Notes: a model not told the origin generated them from the sequence alone. A stretch of DNA of 64,000 nucleotides from an uncultured delta proteobacterium (GCA_963724765.1 CAVRVY010000003.1:928001-992000), one strand, 5' to 3'; shown: positions 1-9,514, numbered from the stretch's first letter. A program made the numbers and translations.

Positions 1-462
1 GATGCGCTCGGCAAAGGCGCCCGTGATCAGCGCCGGCGTGATCACGGCGAACATGCACTGGAAAATCATGTAGGTTTGATGCGGAACGGTGGCCGCGTAA
101 GCGGGATAGGGCTGCGTGGCGCTGACACCGTGAAGTCCGATCCAGTGCAGGCCGCCGATAAGCGCGTTGCCGGGCGAAAAGGCCAGGCTGTAGCCAAACA
201 GAATCCACTGGATCGAGACCAGCGCGGCCAGGATGAAGCTCTGCATCAGCATCGCGAGCACGTTCTTGCGCCGCACCATCCCACCGTAGAAAAGCGCCAG
301 CCCGGGAGCGGTCATCAGCAACACCAGCGCCGACGAGGTCAGCAGCCATGCGGTATCGCCGCTATTGATGACCGACGGCGTGTCGGCAGCGTGTGCGGAG
401 ACGGCAAAGAGCAGGGCTGTGCCGGCGGTTCCCAGGCAAACAATCGGCCTTGTGCGCAGCAT
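1..462 (-). CDS. amtB: Ammonium transporter, N-terminal part (runs off window start)
   Basis: Manual translation from ATG at 462 (RBS GAAGGAG): ...SGDTAWLLTSSALVLLMTAPGLALFYGGMVRRKNVL...MIFQCMFAVITPALITGAFAER, which are Amt-family hallmarks. Confidence 0.95.
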   Translation of the reverse strand, partial: MLRTRPIVCLGTAGTALLFAVSAHAADTPSVINSGDTAWLLTSSALVLLMTAPGLALFYGGMVRRKNVLAMLMQSFILAALVSIQWILFGYSLAFSPGNALIGGLHWIGLHGVSATQPYPAYAATVPHQTYMIFQCMFAVITPALITGAFAERI

Positions 463-508
463 CGCGGATTCTCCTTCAGTACGACGGTGAGCGTGCAAAA
501 TGAAATGT

Positions 509-535
509 CCGGACGCGGCTTTGCGACGCGTCCGG
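509..535 (-). terminator. Hairpin followed by a T-rich run on the minus strand, between acyl-CoA dehydrogenase and amtB
   Basis: CCGGACGCG-9nt-CGCGTCCGG; the minus strand continues ACATTTCATTTT. Confidence 0.5.
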
Positions 536-645
536 GTAACGCTATTGGGCGAAGTTTGTGACAGAAGTTGGCGCGGCGGACAAGCGCAATGCGCGGTCAA
601 AAAATTGTTCGCGGCCGCGCGCGCGAACCGGCGAGCCCGGCCGCC

Positions 646-1830
646 TCAGCCCTTGGGAAGTTGCAGGATGCGCTCGCCGATCATGTTTTTCTGCACCGGC
701 GAGGTCCCACCCGCGATCGTCATGCTCTCGCTGTAGAGGATGCGCCGCAGCCAGTCGCCGTCGGGCGCAAACGGCGAGCGCCGCTCGAGCAGCGCGAACT
801 CACCCAACAGCCGCACCGAGAACTTGACCATCCGCTGCGTCAGCTCGGTCGAGACCAGCTTGCCGATCGAGCTTTCGGGGCCGGGCAGTTGTCCCTTGAG
901 CCGGCGCGTCAGCGAGCGCAGGCCGTTGTACTTCTTGGCCGCGACTTCGATCGCGAACTGCGCAAGCTGCTGGCGAATCTCGTCGTCTTCGGCCGCGGAG
1001 CGCCCGTCGATAATGGCGCCGCGCGCGATTTCCACCAGTTGCGCGAGCGTCTGCTCGGTACCGCCGATCGTCTCGCCGATCCCGAAGCGCTCGTGCATCA
1101 GCGTCGACACCAGCACCTGCCATCCCTGGTTTAGCGGCCCGAGCAGGTTGGCCTTGGGCACGCGCACGTCTTCGAAAAAGATTTCGTTGAACTCGGACTC
1201 GCCGGTTATCTGCTTGAGCGGGCGCACGATGACGCCGGGGCTTTTCATATCGACCAGCAGGCAGCTCAGTCCCTTGTGCCGGGGAACCTCGGGGTCGGTG
1301 CGCACGAAGAGCTGGCAGAAGTGCGAGCGATGGGCGAGCGTGGTCCAGACTTTCTGGCCGTTGACGATGAAGTTGTCGCCGTCGAGCACGGCGCGGGTCT
1401 GCAGCGCGGCGAGGTCCGAGCCGGCGGCCGGCTCCGACATCCCTTCGGACCAGATTTCCTCCGCGCTCAGGATTTTCTGTAGGTAGCGTTGCTTCTGCTC
1501 CTCGGTGCCCCACTGCATCAGCGCCGGGCCGGTCATGATCACGCCCAGGACGTTGCATCCCATCGGCAGGTTGAGCCGTCCGAGTTCCTGCTGAAAGATG
1601 ACCTGCTCGACGAAGGTGGCACCGCGCCCGCCGAACTGTTTGGGCCAGGTGAGCCCGGCCCATCCGCCATCGTAAAGCTTTTTGTGCCAGAGCCTCAGGC
1701 GCTCCCACAGAAAGTTTTCGTCGGCGCGCTCTTTTTCCTCGGGCTTAAGCGGCCGCGGCTGATTGGCCTCGAGCCATGCGCGCACTTCCATCCGATAGGC
1801 TTCCTGCTCGGGCGTGTAAGTGAAATCCAT
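646..1830 (-). CDS. Acyl-CoA dehydrogenase family protein
   Basis: SEPAAGSDLAAL, NGQKVWTT, FNEIFFEDVRVP, TIAGGTSPVQKNMIGERILQLP motifs. Confidence 0.93.
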   Translation of the reverse strand: MDFTYTPEQEAYRMEVRAWLEANQPRPLKPEEKERADENFLWERLRLWHKKLYDGGWAGLTWPKQFGGRGATFVEQVIFQQELGRLNLPMGCNVLGVIMTGPALMQWGTEEQKQRYLQKILSAEEIWSEGMSEPAAGSDLAALQTRAVLDGDNFIVNGQKVWTTLAHRSHFCQLFVRTDPEVPRHKGLSCLLVDMKSPGVIVRPLKQITGESEFNEIFFEDVRVPKANLLGPLNQGWQVLVSTLMHERFGIGETIGGTEQTLAQLVEIARGAIIDGRSAAEDDEIRQQLAQFAIEVAAKKYNGLRSLTRRLKGQLPGPESSIGKLVSTELTQRMVKFSVRLLGEFALLERRSPFAPDGDWLRRILYSESMTIAGGTSPVQKNMIGERILQLPKG

Positions 1831-1934
1831 CGCTCGGATACTCCGTCAGCGTCGGTGATCGTGAGCGATGCTATCGAACCGGCGTTCGCTGGGGTAGTGC
1901 GAAGAAGTTTCCGCAAGAAAAGCTGGTTATGCAG

Positions 1935-2171
1935 TCACTGGATCGGTGAAAAGCCCTGCGTTGCGAACCCGGCGTCACGCAACACCTCGTCCAGCGTGCT
2001 GCGCTCATAACAACTGATCAGAAACGACGCGAGCGCATCGACCAGGTTGTGCTCGGCCTCGTCACGGGTGTGGCCTTGCGAGTGGACGTCTAGCAGCGGG
2101 CACGACGAGATGAACCATTTGCCCTTCTTCCGAATCCGGGCAGGGACTTTGAATTCCATCGCGATCCGCAT
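1935..2171 (-). CDS. HicB-like antitoxin domain protein (no hicA seen)
   Basis: W-x-x-x-CPLLDVHSQGHTRDEAEHNLVDAL matches the HicB N-terminal pattern. Confidence 0.7.
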   Translation of the reverse strand: MRIAMEFKVPARIRKKGKWFISSCPLLDVHSQGHTRDEAEHNLVDALASFLISCYERSTLDEVLRDAGFATQGFSPIQ

Positions 2172-2285
2172 GTGTGATCTTCTACTAGTCCGGCATGGCC
2201 GCAGACAAGATACTAGCAGTTAGCAAGCCTGGCGTCGCCCGACGGACGATGGCCCGAAACCTCGACGTATGGAGTAGCGTCGCGA

Positions 2286-3044
2286 ATGTTGGCGGAAAAT
2301 AAATTCTCCTACCGCTGCAACCGATGCGGCTTGTGCTGACGCGACAAGGTGATCACGCTCTCGCCCTATGATGTAATCCGGATCGCGCGGGCCGCCAAAA
2401 TCAGCACCGGTGCGGCGGTTGCGCGCTATACCATGCGGCGGGGATCGCTCCTGCGCTTTTTATCCGACGGGCGATGCGTCGCGCTTGCGGGACCGCGCTG
2501 CACGATCCATCCGGGACGCCCGCTCGCTTGCCGGCTCTATCCGCTCGGCCTTGAACGCGCCCCCGGCACTGACGGCGCCGGCTACGTCGAGCGCTTTGTG
2601 AAATTGGACCCTGCCGTCGGTTCGCTCGGCGTCTATGGAGTAGCCGGCACGGTCGCGGAATTTCTCGACGGCCAGGGCGCCGCTCCGTATCTCAACGCCG
2701 TCGCGTTCTACTATCCGCTGGCCGCAAAATTTCGCGCGCGCGTCGCCGCGATCGTCGATTTCGAGCGCGTCGAGCCGCGCGAGTTCTGGCGTCGCGCCGC
2801 GCGCGAGGCGCTGGCCGAGACCAACTACGATCCCAATCGGCTTATCGACGCGCTGTTCGACCCCGACGGCCTCGGATGTGGCCGTGCAAGCCCCGAGGCG
2901 ACCGCCGTCGCGCATGTCGCGGCGATCGGTAAGATGACGGCGCGGGAGCGCGACGGTGCGCTGGTGGCGGCGGCGGCGGTGATGCTCGCGGTCAGTCTCG
3001 GCTACGCGCCGGGCGAAGTCGCCGGGCCGCGCGCTAGCCCTTGA
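2286..3044 (+). CDS. YkgJ-family (CxxCxxCC) cysteine-cluster protein with in-frame TGA at 2337-2339 (Sec or nonsense)
   Basis: ATG 2286: MLAENKFSYRCNRCGLC*RDKVITLSPYDVIRIA continues in frame into ORF 2349-3044, which has C..L...CTIH..RPLACRLYP. Confidence 0.8.
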
Positions 3045-3597
3045 TGCGCGAATCGATCTGGATCCCCGCGCCCTTGGCGAAACCGAGCAGGATTTCGCGG
3101 TCGCTCTCGAGCCCGCCGCCCTGAACATTCTGCGCGTCGTCGAATTCGCCGCGCAGGTGCCCGTTTTTAATATCGATGAGCGTGACTTTCAGCGTGATCG
3201 CAGTGGTCCCGCTGTTGCCCGAAGAGGTGTCGGGCTGATACGCGGTTAGCTCGCACTTGATCAGCAGCGGTTCGGATTCGGGCGGCGCGCTCGCGACGAT
3301 ATTGTAGCCACGGTTTTTCAGCTCCGTGGAGATCCCCTCACCGATTATTTGCGCGGCCTCGACGCCGGCTGGCTGCCCGCTCCGGTTCACCACCGGCGGC
3401 AGCTCGAAAGCCGCGTAAGAGGAAAGCGGGATGTCTGGCACTTCGGGCGGCGGCTTTTTATTGGCCGCGGCACACGCCGCCAATATCAACGGTGCAAGCA
3501 TCGCGGGCACGAGTATCGCTGCCAGCACTTTCGCGCGACGCCGTCGGACGATTTCGATCGCCGGCTTCAATTCCGCGCGGCGCGCTTCATTCCACAT
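3034..3597 (-). CDS. Putative lipoprotein (DUF4410-like)
   Basis: Hydrophobic signal ending in LAAC lipobox; RBS GAGGGGAG before ATG 3597. Confidence 0.65.
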   Translation of the reverse strand: MWNEARRAELKPAIEIVRRRRAKVLAAILVPAMLAPLILAACAAANKKPPPEVPDIPLSSYAAFELPPVVNRSGQPAGVEAAQIIGEGISTELKNRGYNIVASAPPESEPLLIKCELTAYQPDTSSGNSGTTAITLKVTLIDIKNGHLRGEFDDAQNVQGGGLESDREILLGFAKGAGIQIDSRIKG

Positions 3598-4270
3598 CGC
3601 TCCCCTCGCCCGGCTCCGGCGTTCCGGTTTCTGGCGGTGTCTGCGCACCGCCCTTGCCGCTGGGGGCGCCAACCGGCTGCCTGGCAGCCGCGGCGGGAGA
3701 AGCGGCCGCCGTCGGGGTGGGCGGATGGTCGGCGCCAAGGTCATGGATGATCTGTTTGGCGTGGATGCCGGGGTCGACCGACGGGTAGACCTTCAGGATG
3801 TGTCCGTCCTCGCCGATTACGTAAGTCACGCGGCGGTCGAGACCGAGAATCGGCACGCCGTTATCGGCGCCGTAGGCGCGCGCGATGCTGCGGTCGGGGT
3901 CGAGCAGTAGCGAAAACGGCAGGCGGTACTTTTTAATGAATGCCTTGTGCGATTCGGCGGAATCGATACTGCACCCGAGCACCGTGATACCGGCGGCCTG
4001 GAAGCGCGCGTAGCCGTCGCGAAACGCGCACGCCTCCCTGGTGCATCCGGGCGTGTTGTCCTTGGGATAGAAGTAGAGCACCAGCTTGTGGCCACGGAAG
4101 TCGGAGAGCCTGACTGGCGTGACCTGATCGCCGTTGACCAGCTGGCTATGGAAATCGGGCGCCGGCGCTCCCACGGAGAGCATCGCCGCGCGCGCGATTC
4201 GCGGGCGCAAAGCGATCGCTCCCAATCCTGTGATCGCGAGCACGATCGCCACCATCATGATGAGCCGCAT
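3587..4270 (-). CDS. bcp: Peroxiredoxin (BCP/PrxQ) with N-terminal signal/anchor
   Basis: LYFYPKDNTPGCTREACAFRD motif. Confidence 0.92.
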   Translation of the reverse strand: MRLIMMVAIVLAITGLGAIALRPRIARAAMLSVGAPAPDFHSQLVNGDQVTPVRLSDFRGHKLVLYFYPKDNTPGCTREACAFRDGYARFQAAGITVLGCSIDSAESHKAFIKKYRLPFSLLLDPDRSIARAYGADNGVPILGLDRRVTYVIGEDGHILKVYPSVDPGIHAKQIIHDLGADHPPTPTAAASPAAAARQPVGAPSGKGGAQTPPETGTPEPGEGSDVE

Positions 4271-4336
4271 TGGCGCATTCCCCCTGCGTGGCTTGTGGAT
4301 GCCGGCCCGGTGCGAGATGCGCGCAGCGTCGCCGGG

Positions 4337-5263
4337 CTAGACGTAGTGCAGCCACTCGCGATAGCGCGCGTCGCGGCCATGCAGCGCGTTGCGGAAAACT
4401 TCTTGCACTTTGATCGTCACCGGCCCCGGCACGCCCGCTCCGATCATGCGATCGTCAAGCTCGCGCACCGGCGTGACCTCGGCCGCGGTGCCGGTCATGA
4501 AGGCCTCGTCGGCGATATAGACCGCGTCGCGCGGGAAGGTCTGCTCGACCACCTCGATCGACGCGTCGTGCAGGATTTTCATCACCGCGGCGCGGGTGAT
4601 CCCGGGCAGTACCGAGTTGAGCGGCGGCGTCTTGACCACGCCGTCGCGCACGATGAAGAAGTTCTCGCCGCTGCCCTCGGCCACGTAGCCGTGGACATCG
4701 AGCAGGAGCGCCTCGTCGTAGCCGTTACGGCGCGCCTCGTAGCCGGCGAGGATCGAATTGACATAGTGGCCCGAGGCCTTGGCCAGCGACATCAGGGAGT
4801 TGTGATGGAACCGCACGAAGGACGAAGTCTTGAGCCGCACGCCTTTTTTGGCCCCGTCCTCGCCGAGATAGGCGCCCCACGGCCATCCTGCGATCGCGAC
4901 GCGCACCTTGTTGCCGCGCGCCGAGAGCCCCATCTCGCCCTCGCCGTAAAACGCGATCGGCCGCAGGTAACATTCCTCCAGCCGATTGACCCGCACCACG
5001 TCGCAGCACGCTTTTAGCAGCTCTTCCTGGCTGAACGGGATTTGCATCTCGACGATATGGGCGGAGTCGAACAGGCGGCGGATATGCTCGGGGCCGCGGA
5101 AGATCGCCGAGCGGCCGTTATCGGATTTGTAGCAGCGCATCCCCTCGAACACGGCCAGGCCGTAGTGCAGGCTGTGGCTGAGAACGTGGATGTTGGCCTC
5201 GTCGTAGGGAATCAGCGCGCCGTCGATCCAGATTTTGTCCGTGCGTAAGCCGTTCGCTGCCAA
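4337..5263 (-). CDS. ilvE: Branched-chain amino acid aminotransferase
   Basis: HSLHYGLAVFEG, YLRP, KASGHY, EGSGENFF, LPGITR, GTAAEVTP. Confidence 0.95.
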   Translation of the reverse strand: MAANGLRTDKIWIDGALIPYDEANIHVLSHSLHYGLAVFEGMRCYKSDNGRSAIFRGPEHIRRLFDSAHIVEMQIPFSQEELLKACCDVVRVNRLEECYLRPIAFYGEGEMGLSARGNKVRVAIAGWPWGAYLGEDGAKKGVRLKTSSFVRFHHNSLMSLAKASGHYVNSILAGYEARRNGYDEALLLDVHGYVAEGSGENFFIVRDGVVKTPPLNSVLPGITRAAVMKILHDASIEVVEQTFPRDAVYIADEAFMTGTAAEVTPVRELDDRMIGAGVPGPVTIKVQEVFRNALHGRDARYREWLHYV

Positions 5264-5408
5264 AACCGACCTCTTTATGTGGCTGCTTTATTTAATTGAT
5301 AGACCTGTCCGTTCTCGCCGCGCTCGAAACCAAGCGCGAGCGTTCAGGGTAGTCGAAACGGGGCGACCCGGACAAGCGGCGGCGGGTCTAGGGTCGGTCC
5401 GAGCAGCG

Positions 5409-6899
5409 CTAGCCGCGTGGACGCTGCGCCGGGTCCACGCCGGCCGCCAAAGCGGCGGCCGCTTCCTCGGACGGCCGCGGCGCGACCGCCGAGCCTGCCG
5501 GCTCGGCGTGGCGCGCCTCGGCCGCCGCTTCGCCTTCGCCGTGCGCGCGCGCCTCGCCGTTGTGCGAGGCGTCGAACGCATGCGCCGCGGCCCGGCCGCG
5601 GCGTCGATGGCGCGAGCGGCCGCCGCGCCGGCCACGCCGGCGCCGCCGGCCGCCGCCGCCGGAGGGACCGCCGGGGCGCGCCTCGCGCGGCTCGGCGCTG
5701 CGAGACGCGTCGCTCCGGCCTTCGAGCCACGCCTCGGGATTGTTCAGGAAGCTCGCGAGCTCCTCGGGATCGCCGCCGCAGGCCGGCGCGACGATTTCGA
5801 ACACGGCGCGCGCCTCATCGAAGTAGGGGCGATGGATGAGCCGACGCGTGCGGCGCGACGGCGTAATCAGATGCGGCAGCGCCTCGAGCACGAGGCGCAT
5901 CCGTTCCGTGTCGCCGCGAGCGAAGCCGCGCGATTTCAGTTCCGCCAGCAAGTCCAACGGCTGGCCGCCGGGCATCCCACGCATGCAGAGGTCCGCGAAC
6001 ATGCAAGCCAGCACGAGCGAGTGCTCGGGCTCCATCCCGGCCGAGATCCGGCGACCCATCGCGGCCAGGTTGCGCCCGGTCGCGCTCTCGTGCGCCGGAG
6101 CTTGGCCGGCGCGGATGAAATCCGCGAGCGGCGCCAGCAACAAATCGAACAGCGCCAGATCGTGCATCAGCTCAAAGGCGCGCGCGGCGGCGGCGATTCC
6201 CAGTGCGCGATAAATCTCCTCGACCACGCGCGGCACCGAGGCGTTCAGCAGGTCCTCGCGATGACGCTCGATCGCGGCGCGCGTGGCGGGCTCGATCTCG
6301 AAACCCAGTTTGGCCGCGAAACGCACCGCGCGCAGCATCCGCACCGGGTCCTCGCGCATCCGTACCTCGGGATCGCCGATGGTGCGGATGAGCCGCGCCT
6401 CGAGGTCGGCGACTCCGCCGGTGTAGTCGATCACGTGAAACGTGCGCGGGTTGTAAAACAGCGAGTTGATCGTGAAGTCGCGCCGAAACGCGTCTTCCTC
6501 GGGCGTGCCGAAGGTGTTGTCGTGGCGAATCAGCGGATCTTCGGACTCGGCCACGTCCTCGGCGCGGCGGCGGAAGGTGGCGACCTCGATATTGTGTTGG
6601 CCGAAAAAGACATGGACCAAGCGGAAACGCCGCCCGATAAGCCGCGAGTTGCGGAAGAGATCGCGCACTTCCTGGGGATGCGCTGAGGTCGCGACGTCGA
6701 AATCCTTTGGCCGCCGCCCGATCATCAGGTCGCGCACGCCGCCGCCCACCAGGTAGGCGTCGTGGCCCGCGTCGCTCAGCCGGTACAGCACCTTGAGCAC
6801 GCGCGGATCGATGTCGCGGCGGGAGACCGGATGCTCGGAGCGCTCCAGGATGCGAGGCTCGGTGTGAGCCTCCAAATGGCCGTGGCCGGAATCAATCAT
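5409..6899 (-). CDS. pcnB: Poly(A) polymerase I
   Basis: VGGGVRDL, PKDFDVAT, LIGRRFRLVHV (PAP-specific), RRDFTIN, EDPVRMLRAVRF; Arg/Gly-rich tail. Confidence 0.93.
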   Translation of the reverse strand: MIDSGHGHLEAHTEPRILERSEHPVSRRDIDPRVLKVLYRLSDAGHDAYLVGGGVRDLMIGRRPKDFDVATSAHPQEVRDLFRNSRLIGRRFRLVHVFFGQHNIEVATFRRRAEDVAESEDPLIRHDNTFGTPEEDAFRRDFTINSLFYNPRTFHVIDYTGGVADLEARLIRTIGDPEVRMREDPVRMLRAVRFAAKLGFEIEPATRAAIERHREDLLNASVPRVVEEIYRALGIAAAARAFELMHDLALFDLLLAPLADFIRAGQAPAHESATGRNLAAMGRRISAGMEPEHSLVLACMFADLCMRGMPGGQPLDLLAELKSRGFARGDTERMRLVLEALPHLITPSRRTRRLIHRPYFDEARAVFEIVAPACGGDPEELASFLNNPEAWLEGRSDASRSAEPREARPGGPSGGGGRRRRRGRRGGRSRHRRRGRAAAHAFDASHNGEARAHGEGEAAAEARHAEPAGSAVAPRPSEEAAAALAAGVDPAQRPRG

Positions 6900-7000
6900 C
6901 AGAGTCCGGCGCCCAATCTAGCACGCGTGCCACCACCCTTTCATCGGGGGGGGGGCCGGCTATCGCTACCACCTGCGCGATGCCATAGGATTTCGACACC

Positions 7001-7978
7001 ATGAGCAAGCCCGTAACGCGCAGCGCGATCCAGGTTATCAGCCACGGTCCATCCTGCCTCGACGGCGTGATGGCGGCGGCTGCGGTCGCGCGCTTTTACG
7101 AGGGGCAGCGCGTAATCACGCGGCTGGTCGCCAACAACGATAGCGACCGCGTGCTCCAGGACCTCGAACTTCGCACCGGCGGCGAGGACGACGAGGTCTG
7201 GATCACCGACCTTTCATGGAACTTGACCGCGACCGGCGAGCATCTGACCGATCTCGCGAAAAGAGGCGCACGCATCTACTGGATCGACCACCATCGCACC
7301 GCCGTCGGGCGCGCCGACGCGCCCGAGTTCAAGGTGCCGTTCGCCGGCCGCGTGCTTTCGGAGCAATACTCGGCCGCGCGGCTGACTTTCAACTACCTGC
7401 GCAAGCGCGCCGCCACGCTCCCGGCGGCCCGCGCCCGCGCCTTCGAGGAGTTCGCCACCTTCGCCGCGATCGCCGACGATCACGACCGCTGGGTCCATCG
7501 CATCCCCGAGTCCAACAACTGGGCGCTCGCCGTGCAGACGCTCGGCGGGATCGAATCGTACCGCGACATTTTACGCCTGCGCGAACCGAAGCTGTCGCGG
7601 CGGATGCGCACGGCGCTGGAGACCGGACGCGAGGCGATGGCGAAGTCGCTGGAACTGGCGCGCTCGACGATGGTCGACCGGATGCTCGGTAACGGGATCA
7701 AGGTGCGCAGCGCGTGCTGCTTCGGCTACAGCAGCGAGGTCGCGGCCGCGCTCTACGAGGGTCAGACGCGCACGGTGATCGCGCTGTTCGACCTGCGCAG
7801 CCAGGGCGTCAGCCTGCGCCGCAGCGCCGACTCGGAAATCGATCTCTCGGAGCTGGCGCGGGTCTTCGGGGGCGGCGGCCATGCGGCGGCGGCCGGTTTC
7901 GCGACCTCGGATCTAAAGCGCGCGCCGGCCGAGCGTCTCGCCGAACTGCTGGGCGACCGTCTCGCGACCGCCGTGTGA
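7001..7978 (+). CDS. DHH/DHHA1 phosphoesterase (NrnB-like nanoRNase)
   Basis: SH..CLDG, ITDL, IDHH, GGGGHAAAAGF motifs. Confidence 0.85.
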   Translation: MSKPVTRSAIQVISHGPSCLDGVMAAAAVARFYEGQRVITRLVANNDSDRVLQDLELRTGGEDDEVWITDLSWNLTATGEHLTDLAKRGARIYWIDHHRTAVGRADAPEFKVPFAGRVLSEQYSAARLTFNYLRKRAATLPAARARAFEEFATFAAIADDHDRWVHRIPESNNWALAVQTLGGIESYRDILRLREPKLSRRMRTALETGREAMAKSLELARSTMVDRMLGNGIKVRSACCFGYSSEVAAALYEGQTRTVIALFDLRSQGVSLRRSADSEIDLSELARVFGGGGHAAAAGFATSDLKRAPAERLAELLGDRLATAV

Positions 7979-7994
7979 TTCCAATGCCCGTTCT

Positions 7995-8021
7995 GTGATC
8001 CTGAGCGTCAGCGAAGGATCT
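7995..8021. repeat. REP-like palindromic element
   Basis: GTGATCCTGAGCGTCAGCGAAGGATCT resembles the GTCATCCTGAGCG..AGCGAAGGATCT intergenic repeat type. Confidence 0.5.
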
Positions 8022-8103
8022 CCGCGAAGCGACGGACCTTTTTCCTCGGCATGAATCGACGCCACGCACCGTTGTATGGACGGTCGGGACAACCTCATAG
8101 CTC

Positions 8104-8132
8104 TTGCGACAGGAAGCGGCGGGCGCGATAAT
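8104..8132 (+). promoter_or_regulatory. sigma70-type promoter of tRNA-Val
   Basis: TTGCGA-17nt-GATAAT ending 12 nt before the tRNA. Confidence 0.6.
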
Positions 8133-8144
8133 TCGTCTCCCGGT

Positions 8145-8222
8145 GGACGCATAGCTCAGCCCGGTTAGAGCGCTTGCCTCACATGCAAGAGGTCCCTGGT
8201 TCGAGTCCAGGTGCGTCCACCA
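8145..8222 (+). tRNA. tRNA-Val (anticodon CAC)
   Basis: Acceptor stem GGACGCA/TGCGTCC, anticodon arm CTTGC-CTCACAT-GCAAG, T-arm CCTGG-TTCGAGT-CCAGG, encoded CCA. Confidence 0.97.
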
Positions 8223-8224
8223 AA
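8176..8224 (+). repeat. attL (3' half of tRNA-Val)
   Basis: GCCTCACATGCAAGAGGTCCCTGGTTCGAGTCCAGGTGCGTCCACCAAA; 45/49 identical to 21055-21103. Confidence 0.92.
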
Positions 8225-8280
8225 ATTCCCGCCTGAATCAAGCCTTTCGTCACAAATAGATGACTCGCCGAGTCGTCCAT

Positions 8281-8299
8281 TGTGCCAGTTCTGTGTCAG
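8281..8299 (+). promoter_or_regulatory. Putative integrase arm-type sites (left)
   Basis: TGTGCCAG and TGTGTCAG at 11-bp spacing; the same motif occurs near attR. Confidence 0.65.
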
Positions 8300-8317
8300 A
8301 CACGAGGGGTGTGCGCC

Positions 8318-8656
8318 ATGAAGAACGAGCCAGCCGCTCGCGTCAAGCGACCGGTCGACGCCGCGTCGACACCGGCGACGATGAGCAAGACACAATACGC
8401 CCGCGCGGAGATCGCGCGCGCGCGGCCCGACCTGGAGGAGTTCGGTTGGGACGACGTCGCGATGGAGCGGATCGCGGACATGCTTCAGCCCGGCGACATC
8501 ATCGACTTCATCGGCGTTGCCATGGTCCGCTTTGGACCGCCGAGTCGGCCCGGGCTTTTTGGCTGCGACCGATGGCCGGCGCCGCCGGAGCAGCCGCCAA
8601 TCCCGACGCTCGATGAACGCGTAACGCCTCACATCAGAGCGCGCAAGTACGCCTGA
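8318..8656 (+). CDS. Hypothetical island protein
   Basis: RBS GAGGGG; stop overlaps next start (TGATG). Confidence 0.55.
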   Translation: MKNEPAARVKRPVDAASTPATMSKTQYARAEIARARPDLEEFGWDDVAMERIADMLQPGDIIDFIGVAMVRFGPPSRPGLFGCDRWPAPPEQPPIPTLDERVTPHIRARKYA

Positions 8657-9033
8657 TGGAAGCGGCAGCGAGAGTCTTTGTCTACCCCAACGGACCGGCG
8701 AGCTGGATGGCGCATCACCTGGCCAGCGGCATCGGCGCAATGGGCGCGACTCGAGAAGCGGCGACTGCGGCGTTTCGGCTCATCTGGACCGCACGCACCG
8801 AGGTGCGATTCGTCGACGGACCGCCGCCGCGTCCGAGACGTGATGGCTTCGCTGATGCCGATCAAAGTAAATCCGCGGTTCCGGCGCCGGAGCTCGAGCC
8901 CGAATGGTCGCGCGTCTTTAATGCCCAGATGATGCGATTCCATCCCGACCGCAATCCAGACGCTACTTTTTCGGGCTCGGAGGTCACCGCTGCGCTGATT
9001 GAACTGCGCGATGCGATGAGGGGCGATGGTTAA
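8656..9033 (+). CDS. Island protein with C-terminal J-domain-like HPD motif
   Basis: MMRFHPDRNPD followed by a helix; coupled to neighbouring genes. Confidence 0.55.
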   Translation: MEAAARVFVYPNGPASWMAHHLASGIGAMGATREAATAAFRLIWTARTEVRFVDGPPPRPRRDGFADADQSKSAVPAPELEPEWSRVFNAQMMRFHPDRNPDATFSGSEVTAALIELRDAMRGDG

Positions 9034-9514
9034 GAAGCGCAAAAAGAAACCGGCGCCGCGAAATACCCACACGCCACCCGATCAGTACGACTTCATTCAA
9101 CACTGCGCGAAGCTGCTCAAGGCTCGTGTCGCTGCGGGTGTCTATCGCGATCGGCCGGGGCTTGAAGCGGCGATCATAGATTTCGATCCCGCTATCGCCC
9201 TGATCGAGATAGCGGCGGACCCTGCCAGCACGCCCGACATGCGCGCCGCAGTGAGCGCCAAGCTCATGCCGTTCTGGCACAAGGAACAGTCGTTGCTTGT
9301 GAAGGAACACGGCGACGGACCCGCTGACCACAATGTCGTGGTAATTGTCCAGCCTTGGGCGAGCGGTCCACGCCGCATCGAGGCCGCCCCAGCCGCCATC
9401 GAGCCGCCGCTCGAGGTGAGGACCGGCGAGGATACGCCAGTCGAGGCCGAAGTCGTCGAGCCGGTTGAAGACCCCAAGCGCATCGTAGGTTTTACGCCGC
9501 AAGGCGTCCCGTGA
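9026..9514 (+). CDS. Putative terminase small subunit-like protein
   Basis: Basic N-terminus, then DPAIALIEIAADP...MRAAVSAKLMPFWH, then a short beta tail (HNVVVIV); pattern recognition only. Confidence 0.45.
   Translation: MVKKRKKKPAPRNTHTPPDQYDFIQHCAKLLKARVAAGVYRDRPGLEAAIIDFDPAIALIEIAADPASTPDMRAAVSAKLMPFWHKEQSLLVKEHGDGPADHNVVVIVQPWASGPRRIEAAPAAIEPPLEVRTGEDTPVEAEVVEPVEDPKRIVGFTPQGVP

Noticed and set aside
463-560. Glutamine riboswitch or sigma54 promoter upstream of amtB
   Set aside because: Only a simple hairpin; no convincing glnA-motif or TGGCAC-N5-TTGC match
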